Origin: an uncultured delta proteobacterium
GTDB lineage: Bacteria; Desulfobacterota; Desulfobacteria; Desulfobacterales; SG8-13
Length of the DNA: 64,000 nucleotides
NCBI GenBank assembly: GCA_963848135.1
Contig: CAWKCK010000018.1
Location: forward strand, 138,938 to 202,937
Reading direction: 5' to 3'
Below, one piece after another: positions 55,091 to 64,000 of the stretch; position 1 is the stretch's first letter, and each line of letters starts with the position of its first letter. Below the pieces are notes generated by a model. It searched no databases and was not told the DNA's origin. It was given only the letters and a program-made list of their open reading frames with translations. Position numbers and translations under genes: made by a program.

Positions 55091-56194
55091 TTATTCCAGG
55101 GTGAAGCGCCGCATGCTGACGTTGATGAGCAGCCCAACGGCAATCATCATGGTAACAATCGACGAACCTCCATAACTGATAAACGGCAAAGTCACCCCGA
55201 CGACGGGTAACAGCCCCATGACCATTCCGATATTCACGAATACCTGCCAGAAAATCATGGCAGAAATCCCCACCGCCATGATCATTCCGAAGGGATCGCG
55301 GCAACCGTAGGCCACATTCAGGCCCCAAATAATTAACAGTAAAAAGACAATAACCATTATCGCGGACCCGGCAAACCCCCACTCTTCTGCAAACACCGAG
55401 AATATGAAATCCGTGTGCTGTTCCGGCAGAAAGGACAAGGCGTTCTGGGTGCCTTTCAAGTAACCTTTACCTGCAAACATCCCCGAACCGATGGCGATTT
55501 TGGACTGTATGATGTGATATCCCGCTCCCAACGGGTCTCGATCGGGGTTAAGAAATGTCATAATACGCTGTTTCTGGTATTCCTTCAGCACAAACCAAAC
55601 CATTGGAACGGCAATAATCCCCGAAGTGAATAATATCAGAAGCGATCGTCTTTCGATTTTGACGAACAGGGTCATGGAACCGGCAATGATGAAAAGAAGC
55701 AGAGCCGTCCCCAAATCCGGTTGCTTGACAATCAACACTGCCGGAGCCATCACCAGCAATAGTGGAAAGATGAGATCCCTTAAAGTAAAGCCGCGGGTGT
55801 AAGCATTTTTGGAATAATGCCTGGCCAGAATGATAATCACAGCCAGTTTGACAAACTCGGACGGCTGAACAGATACCGGTCCTAGCGCCAACCAGCGTTT
55901 GGATCCGCCGCCGACTTTCCCTATCACCAGTACAGCCACAAGTAGCAAAACGGAGAAAAAGTATATCGCAAAAGCATATCGATCCAACAATTTGTAATTG
56001 AACAAAAATGCGGCAACCATAAAAAACAGTCCACCGCAGAACCAAGTTAACTGTTTGTAATAGAGTGTTTTTGTTCCCGCCGCCGCATCGGCGCTCACCA
56101 CGCTGAACAGCGTCAGGACCCCCAGGCCGCCCAGAACAACCGCCAACCCCAGCAATCCCCAGTCAAAATACTGAACGAACTTTCGATCAAACAT
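55091..56194 (-). CDS. rodA: Rod shape-determining protein RodA
   Basis: QPSEFVK, QPDLGT, GYHIIQSKIAIGSG, LPEQHTDFIF, PFISYGGSS. Confidence 0.97.
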   Translation of the reverse strand: MFDRKFVQYFDWGLLGLAVVLGGLGVLTLFSVVSADAAAGTKTLYYKQLTWFCGGLFFMVAAFLFNYKLLDRYAFAIYFFSVLLLVAVLVIGKVGGGSKRWLALGPVSVQPSEFVKLAVIIILARHYSKNAYTRGFTLRDLIFPLLLVMAPAVLIVKQPDLGTALLLFIIAGSMTLFVKIERRSLLILFTSGIIAVPMVWFVLKEYQKQRIMTFLNPDRDPLGAGYHIIQSKIAIGSGMFAGKGYLKGTQNALSFLPEQHTDFIFSVFAEEWGFAGSAIMVIVFLLLIIWGLNVAYGCRDPFGMIMAVGISAMIFWQVFVNIGMVMGLLPVVGVTLPFISYGGSSIVTMMIAVGLLINVSMRRFTLE

Positions 56195-56248
56195 GACGTT
56201 TTATCCTGTTATGGACACTCAATCGTACCGTCTATTTTTCGCGGATGT

Positions 56249-58123
56249 CTAATCAAGCTCAGCGGTCTTACGCCTGGCAATCATTTGCGGAACGGATAAT
56301 AATTGATCTTTGTACAGATAGGTCTTTATCATTTCCCGGGCAACCGGCGCGGCCGCACCGGATCCATGCTCACCGTGTTCGACAATAACCGCCACAGCTA
56401 TTTCAGGCGTATCGGTCGGCGCAATGCCAATAAACCACGCGTGCGCTTTGAGGTGGTCTGGGACCAGATCGGGATCATCCTCTGAACCTTCTTTGCGGCT
56501 GACAACCTGGGCCGTACCGGTTTTTCCGCTGATGGGCACGTCAAGAAACCGGGCCCCCCTCGCCGTTCCTCTTTCCCCGTTGACCACATTCCACAAACCC
56601 CGTTTGACAAGCGCCAGGGTTTTGGAGCTGATAGAAAACTTGCCGGCTAAAATCGGTTCGCTGACTTCCACCTGCCGCCCCTCCACCGTTTCTATCCGTT
56701 TTAGAATCTGTGGTTGATAGCGCGTTCCGCCCATGGCCACGGCTGCAGTCATGACGGCCATCTGAAGTGGCGTCACCAGGTTGAAACCCTGACCGATTGC
56801 CACTGAAAGTGTCTCTCCCTCCTGCCAAGCGACACCGGTGCGCTTCTTTTTCCAGGCGGCCGTCGGTATCAGTCCTCGTCCCTCATGGCCCAGATCGATC
56901 CCGGTTGCGGTCCCAAGTCCGAGCGCTTTGGCATAGTGCGCCAGTCTATCGACCCCCAAGGCAAGCCCAACCTGGTAAAAGTACACATCGCAAGACTGGG
57001 CGATAGCGTCAACGACATCGACGCAGCCATGCCCTCCCCTTTTCCAACAACGGTAGTAACGCCTGCCGAATCTATATTGTCCGTTGCAACAAAAAACGGT
57101 TTTCTCATTGATGACGCCTTCTTCGAGTCCGGCAATGGCCGTCAAAATCTTGTAGGTCGACGCTGGAGGATACTCTCCTTGAACCGCACGGTTATTCAGT
57201 GGTCTGGTCGGATCAGAGATAAAGGCTTGCCACTGGTCACGGGACAAGCCGTTTACAAAAACGTTCTGATCGAATGTGGGACTGCTCACGAGAGCCAGAA
57301 TCTGACCGGTTGACGGCTCTATGGCGACGGCAGCTCCCGTGATTCCGTCCAAGAGTTCCTCCGTTTTCTGCTGGAGGTCAGAATCAATGGTTAGGAAAAT
57401 ATTGTACCCGGGATAGGCCGGAACGGTCTTGATAACTCTTACGACCTGCCCGTTGGCATTCACTTCGACCTGACGACCGCCGAGTTTGCCGCGCAGGTAA
57501 TCGTCGAAGACTTTCTCAATCCCGAATTTGCCGATAAGGTCACCACGTATGAGATCCGGAAATCTGCCACTGCTTAATTCCTTCGGGCTGATTTCCCCCA
57601 GATACCCCAATAGGTGGGCACCACTTTGGTTTTTCACGTAGTGTCGAAGTGGCTTTGCGTTGACCTCGATACCCGGAAGGTCGTATCGATGAACTTCGAC
57701 CATTGCGAGACTGTCGCGGTTGATGTCTTGAACGAGCGATATCGGTTTGTAGCTATGGCCGTTTTTGCGGTTGACAAGCTTTTCAAGCAGATCCTGAGCT
57801 GGTATCCCAAGATATTCTGCCAACTTTTGTAAGGTGTCATCCACCGGTTTGGCATTCTTGGTTATGATACTCACATCATAAGAAGGCCGATTGTCGACCA
57901 GCCTCTTTCCGTTGCGATCGAAAACAAGCCCCCTGAATGGCTCGATACGTTGTAACCGGATACTGTTATTTTCTGACAATCGCCGGTACTCCGCCCCTTT
58001 TATAACCTGGAGAAAAAAAAGACGCACCAGGAGTATCGCCAAACAAATGGAGACAACCAGAATGACGCCGATTATCCGTTGCTTATACCAGTCAGTATCC
58101 GCTGTTTTGAGGTACTTGTCCAA
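56249..58123 (-). CDS. mrdA: Penicillin-binding protein 2
   Basis: SxxK (STYK), SCD, KTG motifs; located between mreD and rodA. Confidence 0.97.
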   Translation of the reverse strand: MDKYLKTADTDWYKQRIIGVILVVSICLAILLVRLFFLQVIKGAEYRRLSENNSIRLQRIEPFRGLVFDRNGKRLVDNRPSYDVSIITKNAKPVDDTLQKLAEYLGIPAQDLLEKLVNRKNGHSYKPISLVQDINRDSLAMVEVHRYDLPGIEVNAKPLRHYVKNQSGAHLLGYLGEISPKELSSGRFPDLIRGDLIGKFGIEKVFDDYLRGKLGGRQVEVNANGQVVRVIKTVPAYPGYNIFLTIDSDLQQKTEELLDGITGAAVAIEPSTGQILALVSSPTFDQNVFVNGLSRDQWQAFISDPTRPLNNRAVQGEYPPASTYKILTAIAGLEEGVINEKTVFCCNGQYRFGRRYYRCWKRGGHGCVDVVDAIAQSCDVYFYQVGLALGVDRLAHYAKALGLGTATGIDLGHEGRGLIPTAAWKKKRTGVAWQEGETLSVAIGQGFNLVTPLQMAVMTAAVAMGGTRYQPQILKRIETVEGRQVEVSEPILAGKFSISSKTLALVKRGLWNVVNGERGTARGARFLDVPISGKTGTAQVVSRKEGSEDDPDLVPDHLKAHAWFIGIAPTDTPEIAVAVIVEHGEHGSGAAAPVAREMIKTYLYKDQLLSVPQMIARRKTAELD

Positions 58124-58193
58124 TGTGAAATCTCGCCCTTGGCCGGATCCATTTTGTTATAGAGTGATGAACTCCGATCGGCTTCGAAAAAAT

Positions 58194-58736
58194 CTACCGT
58201 GCAACCCGGGACGCGACTGTATCAGATCGACGCACTAAAAATTTGCCGATCGTGTGATCCCAGAAACGGTGCAACCGTTGCAATATCAGAATCAAAATCG
58301 GACCGAGGAACAGGGCCCATAACAAGCGAACGATTATCTTACCAATGTCAGCTGGCGGCATCTCCGCAAGCGCTTCGAAACCACCGAAGGATACAACGGA
58401 TATCACCGTTTCCAATGAAATGCCCAAAATCACGATTAAGGCCAAACGAAAACGCAGCCCCACTTGCAGAATCCGACTCAACCAACGCACACATAGGTAG
58501 AGCCAGAAGTAGGCTGTCGTATACACCATCAGTGGTGTGCCCGAGAGGTTGTCCATGACCACACCAAGCAGTATAACCACCGGAAGACTTTCCCGGGTGC
58601 TTCGCAGCACACCAAGATAAATCACGAATATCGTCGTTAGATCGTAGAAGCTGGATATAACCGGCAGGTCCGGCATGATGACAGTCTGGATCACAATCAG
58701 AATCAAACAGGTGATTATGTAAAAGCCGTAATTCAT
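58194..58736 (-). CDS. mreD: Rod shape-determining protein MreD
   Basis: Hydrophobic protein with G...D..SG motif, between mreC and mrdA. Confidence 0.8.
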   Translation of the reverse strand: MNYGFYIITCLILIVIQTVIMPDLPVISSFYDLTTIFVIYLGVLRSTRESLPVVILLGVVMDNLSGTPLMVYTTAYFWLYLCVRWLSRILQVGLRFRLALIVILGISLETVISVVSFGGFEALAEMPPADIGKIIVRLLWALFLGPILILILQRLHRFWDHTIGKFLVRRSDTVASRVAR

Positions 58737-59566
58737 GGTTGGCTCGTGAACGGATCTTTCGGCGGGGTGAGAATAACTAGAACTTCCTCGAGTTTTTCGA
58801 AATCCACATGGGGCGTCACAGTGACCTCCTGAAAGATCCCGGCGGCGCGTCTGACCACCCCTGATACCTCGCCGATAGGCATTCCTTTCGGAAAGACACC
58901 ATCAAGTCCGGACGCGACGATCTTGTCCCCGACCTTCACTTCGTCTTTACGCAAAGCATACTGAAACACGCATCTCGACGTTGATTCTCCCTTGATGATA
59001 CCGCGTGCGCGCGTGCGCTGAACGAAAGCATCAACGGCACTGTTACGATCGATTATCAACATCACTTTGGCGTATTGGGCGGAGGCGTCGGTCACCTGGC
59101 CGGCGACCCCTTCCGGTACTCCCACCGGCAGACCTTTACGAACACCCGCACTGCGGCCTTTGTTGATGACGACCGTCCGGTACCAGGGAGAGGGATCCTT
59201 TCCGACGACCTCGGCCGCAATCGACTGAGTTTCTAAGCTTATCTTGAAATCAAGTAACTGCCTGAGGCGAATATTAGCAAGTTCTATCTCCTGGAATCGA
59301 TTGATACGCGCCACGGCGTGTTGCAGTTCTTTCCTGAGCCGGGAGTTTTCTTGAGCCGCCGAAATGTGGGCAAAATACGTATGCCAAGTGCCTTTGAGCG
59401 CACCGATGGTTTCTGTAACGACGCCTTGAACCGGGGCCACAAATATCAGCGCAATGCGTCCGACGCCATGAGTGGGAATGCGGCTGCTGGATAGGGAAAG
59501 AACCACGATGCTGGCAGCGAACAGAAAAATCACACCAGCGATCACCAACATTCTTTTTGAAAGCAT
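58733..59566 (-). CDS. mreC: Rod shape-determining protein MreC
   Basis: TM, coiled coil (ENSRLRKEL, RLRQLL), INKG, SGLDGVFPKG. Confidence 0.96.
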   Translation of the reverse strand: MLSKRMLVIAGVIFLFAASIVVLSLSSSRIPTHGVGRIALIFVAPVQGVVTETIGALKGTWHTYFAHISAAQENSRLRKELQHAVARINRFQEIELANIRLRQLLDFKISLETQSIAAEVVGKDPSPWYRTVVINKGRSAGVRKGLPVGVPEGVAGQVTDASAQYAKVMLIIDRNSAVDAFVQRTRARGIIKGESTSRCVFQYALRKDEVKVGDKIVASGLDGVFPKGMPIGEVSGVVRRAAGIFQEVTVTPHVDFEKLEEVLVILTPPKDPFTSQP

Positions 59567-59570
59567 GAAC

Positions 59571-60659
<1,089 letters not shown>

Positions 60660-60876
60660 TTATTATACAAAAAATTTCCCCGCTTCGCTACCAAAATTAT
60701 ACTGTTATTACAAGAAAAAATGTCGACCACCCGGTAATTGCACCCAAATGACCCGCTTATTTGCAGCATTCTACACAAACACAAACTGCCATACAAATGC
60801 AATACTTTTGAATGGCAGAGCAGCATGGTTTGAGCGAACAAGCCTTGAGATGCATTTGCCGAACCGGCCTATTGCC

Positions 60877-61989
60877 TTATCCACTTGACCGATCCGCACG
60901 CAAAGATTCCATGACGGCATCATGGATTTCCGGCCTAAAACGCTTTATCTGATTATTGTCGCGGTGAGGATGAACCCTGTTGCTCAAAAGAATCACGACG
61001 ATCGCCCGCTCGAGGTCAAGCCAGAAGGACGTGCCGGTGAACCCGAGATGTCCGACGGTTTCAGATGAGAAGAAACGACCGCTGCTCGATGCTTTCTGAG
61101 ACGGCGCGTCGAATCCGAGTGGTCTGCGATCCCCTTTTCCGCGTCTCAGAAAGACCTGAGCAAGTTCTGGCGGAAATAGTCCCGATGGGTTCTGACCACA
61201 ATAAGCTGACCACAGCGCGACGACCATATTATGAACCGCCCGCGCGTCGCCGAAAAGACCCGCATGTCCGGCAATGCCACCCATCACGTGGGTATTGTCG
61301 TCGTGTACGGTACCCTCTATCAGTCGTTGTCTCCAGGGACAACATTCCGTAGCAGCGACATCAGCAAAATGAATCGGTGCGGCAAGGTCGACGAAACAAA
61401 GACCGGGATAACCGCTGGAGTTGATTCCCAGAGGTATATAGACTTCTTCAGCGACATACCGGTCCAGGCGCTTACCAGAGACGGCCTCTACCACCCAACC
61501 CAAAATCATGAAGCCCAGATCGCTGTAAACCTCTTTTTGGCCAATGGGATGGTTCAGCGGTGTTTGACAGACTGCCAATCGAATCGAATCCATTCGGTTC
61601 TCATTCGAAAGCTTGTGGATATCGGTATGATAGGGACGGTAATCAGGCAGGCCGGAGGTATGGTTGAGAAGTTGTCTGAGGCTGATATTTGCCTTATCGG
61701 TACCCCTGAAGTCATTCAGCAGCATACCTAGCGTCTGATCCAGATTCAACACCCCACGTGAGATCAAAACCATGACGCCCATAGCGGTGGCTAAGGGTTT
61801 CGTTAAAGAAGCCAGATCGAAAACTGTCTGTTTGGTAACCGGCTTTTGAGTGAAAATATTGCTGACACCGTATGGACGAAAAAAATCGATTTCCCCTTTA
61901 CGAGAAACAAGGAGAACGCCGCCGGGGAAAACACCGTTCGCCACTGCCGCGTGCATGAGTTCATGAACCCGATCAAAGGAGATCATCAT
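60877..61989 (-). CDS. Serine hydrolase, beta-lactamase class C-like fold (AmiE-like; probably peptidoglycan recycling)
   Basis: FDLASLTK (SxxK), LLNHTSGL, YSDLG, VHDDN, GHAGLF, GHLGFTG; no signal peptide; adjacent to ldcA. Confidence 0.88.
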   Translation of the reverse strand: MMISFDRVHELMHAAVANGVFPGGVLLVSRKGEIDFFRPYGVSNIFTQKPVTKQTVFDLASLTKPLATAMGVMVLISRGVLNLDQTLGMLLNDFRGTDKANISLRQLLNHTSGLPDYRPYHTDIHKLSNENRMDSIRLAVCQTPLNHPIGQKEVYSDLGFMILGWVVEAVSGKRLDRYVAEEVYIPLGINSSGYPGLCFVDLAAPIHFADVAATECCPWRQRLIEGTVHDDNTHVMGGIAGHAGLFGDARAVHNMVVALWSAYCGQNPSGLFPPELAQVFLRRGKGDRRPLGFDAPSQKASSSGRFFSSETVGHLGFTGTSFWLDLERAIVVILLSNRVHPHRDNNQIKRFRPEIHDAVMESLRADRSSG

Positions 61990-62016
61990 TTCTTATCCAA
62001 AGACAGCCGCACTATA

Positions 62017-62964
62017 TTATTCAGTCGTCGCCGGGGCCTGATATGTCAAACGCCCCAGATTGGTATCGAGTGACGCCGTTAGACCGACCGGAATCGTCAG
62101 GTTTCGTTTTCCGTGACCGAATTCCAGTCCTGTCAGAACAGGATAAGGCACGCTCTTGAAACGGTCCGAGATAATTCTCAAAAATTCCTCCGGCTGTCCG
62201 CAAGCCTCGAAAGATCCGAAAGCCAGTCCGGCTATACCATCAAGAAACCCGGCCATATCCAGTTGGGTAAGCATTCGATCGAGCCGGTAGGGTGCCTCGC
62301 CCCGGTCTTCAAAAAGCAGGATATGGTCGTGTGTCGATGGTTGAAAGGGAGTTCCGATCAAATGGCACAGTGTTGTTAGATTCCCGGCCAGGACTGGCCC
62401 TCTCCCTATCCCCGGTCGAATGACTGTACCACCAGTGGCAGTCAGTTCGACGGGCGTGTCGCCGGCAACCGCCGCGATAAGTGCAGTCAACGAAGCCTTG
62501 TCGCTCGCCGGTAAACTGGCGGCAACAGGTCCGTGGAAGGTAACTAAACCGCATCGCACGTATAAAGCCGTAAGAAGTGCCGTCACGTCACTGAAGCCGA
62601 CCAAGATTTTTGACTGTTCGCGTATTCGTTTATAGTCCAATAACGGCAAAAGCCGCATCGAGCCGAATCCGCCTCTGGCGCAGATAATCGCCTTCACGAC
62701 GGGATCATCGAACATCTTCATGACAAGGGCCGCTCGCTGCGTATCAGGGCCGGCAAGATAACCGTTTTTGAGAAAAATACTTTTAGACATGCGGACATTG
62801 AACCCGGCAGACTCCAGCAGACTGACCCCGTAGTATAACTGTTCGATATCAAAGGGGCTTGCCGGTGCCACCAACCCAATGGTATCGCCAGGTCTCAATC
62901 GCCGGGGGAGAACCAGCGGGTTAAGTTCGGTTCTCGATCCAGGGTAAGGATATCGTCTTGACAT
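62017..62964 (-). CDS. ldcA: Muramoyltetrapeptide LD-carboxypeptidase (S66)
   Basis: VAPAS, ARGGFG, GFSDVT (catalytic Ser), GNL, FED, FGH. Confidence 0.93.
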   Translation of the reverse strand: MSRRYPYPGSRTELNPLVLPRRLRPGDTIGLVAPASPFDIEQLYYGVSLLESAGFNVRMSKSIFLKNGYLAGPDTQRAALVMKMFDDPVVKAIICARGGFGSMRLLPLLDYKRIREQSKILVGFSDVTALLTALYVRCGLVTFHGPVAASLPASDKASLTALIAAVAGDTPVELTATGGTVIRPGIGRGPVLAGNLTTLCHLIGTPFQPSTHDHILLFEDRGEAPYRLDRMLTQLDMAGFLDGIAGLAFGSFEACGQPEEFLRIISDRFKSVPYPVLTGLEFGHGKRNLTIPVGLTASLDTNLGRLTYQAPATTE

Positions 62965-62999
62965 GGTAATGATTAAATGTTAGCAGACTGTTCTTGCGT

Positions 63000-63078
<79 letters not shown>

Positions 63079-63320
63079 AACAACAACATGCGGTAATTTA
63101 TTCGATGACGGGACCGGTCTTAAGGGTGCCCGTTTTTTATTTATTCCGCAACCACGGACGGCGTGGCATTTGGATGGGCTCATTCGCACAAATACTATCA
63201 ACGCTGACCACTCTATCGACCGCCTGCATTTTCATAACCGCCGAACGGTACGCGCTTTAATCAGCATAACTGGCATATAATAGGGCACCCCCCATCGTAC
63301 TTTTATGACGTGCCTTACTC

Positions 63321-63349
63321 TTGACATCCTACTCTGTAGTATATAAAAT
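63321..63349 (+). promoter_or_regulatory. Near-consensus sigma70 promoter without a downstream gene
   Basis: TTGACA-17 nt-TAAAAT. Confidence 0.65.
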
Positions 63350-63586
63350 CACTTCAGCGATCATTCATCGACTCAAATGATCGTCTCACACTCCATCGCA
63401 TGTATGGGCGAGCCGCATCCCCAGCAGTTCGCCCGTACTCATTTTGACCGATGCATTCAAATCACCGTCTGATGGCAAACTCCCAACGGTCTCGATGCCG
63501 CCTAAATTCTGCAGGTGACAACGCTTTATGATATCACAGTCGCTTGAAATAACATAATAAAAAGACGATTTACTGGTGGGGAAACA

Positions 63587-64000
63587 TCAATTGCGAAGAT
63601 GGGAAAAAAGATTGGCAACCTTGCCGGTCGCCTGTTGACTGGATAATTTTCCTTCCTGATGAAGGTTCAGAAATATCTCCACAACTTCCGGATCAAATTG
63701 CGTCGTCGCGCCCTCACGGATGATTTGCAATACCTGACTTTCTTCCATGCGTTTACGGTAGGCGCGATCGGAGGAGACGGCATCGTAAACATCGGCCACT
63801 GAAAGAATGCGTCCGAGTATCGGAATTTCGTTTTTTGTCAACCCGTCCGGATAACCTTTTCCGTCGTAACGCTCATGGTGACAACGGATGATCTGTCGCT
63901 CCCGCTCCCAGAAGCCGAGTTGTTTGACAATGTTGGCCCCGATAACCGGATGCTCTTTGATTTTGGCAAACTCTTCTTCCGTGAGGCGGCCAGGCTTCAA
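63587..64000 (-). CDS. HD-GYP domain c-di-GMP phosphodiesterase, C-terminal part (gene starts outside the window)
   Basis: HHERYDGKGYPDGL, RILSVADVYDA, QFDP. Confidence 0.92.
   Translation of the reverse strand: MKPGRLTEEEFAKIKEHPVIGANIVKQLGFWERERQIIRCHHERYDGKGYPDGLTKNEIPILGRILSVADVYDAVSSDRAYRKRMEESQVLQIIREGATTQFDPEVVEIFLNLHQEGKLSSQQATGKVANLFSHLRN

Overview
Mostly core chromosome of a sulfate-reducing Desulfobacterota bacterium. The 16S contains TCCACTTCCCTCTCCCAT, which I recall as the DSS658 probe site of the Desulfosarcina/Desulfococcus group. Left to right: two SurA-like genes and mfd; tRNA-Thr(CGU); an accessory island (~4.8-18 kb); an AAA-SPOR gene, an AsmA-like gene, murJ, an AI-2E transporter, a CoA-activase fusion and an MFS transporter; a SeqA-N/RHH-like regulator with a palindromic operator; ihfA; a sigma54 two-component pair; a complete rRNA operon (16S-Ile-Ala-23S-5S, minus strand); tyrS, rny, 6S RNA, zapA/zapB; an N-terminal-only GlmU; atpF'FHAGDC; bactofilin; mreBCD-mrdA-rodA; a serine hydrolase and ldcA; tRNA-Pro(GGG); and a partial HD-GYP gene. 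The island holds a broken tyrosine integrase, a half tRNA-Arg, a secreted Thr-Ile-Pro tandem-repeat protein with its own promoter, an 8-gene lipid-linked glycosylation cluster (2 GT2, 2 GT-C, B12 radical SAM, carbamoyltransferase, DegT aminotransferase, cupin) and an IS200 scar. The best candidate for an undescribed system is this glycosylation cluster together with its putative mucin/AFGP-like acceptor protein. Other leads are a structured RNA in the 6S-rny spacer, an orphan promoter with hairpins (candidate sRNA) near 63.3 kb, and a triple CCHC mini-protein. All calls come from reading the sequence only; no searches were run.
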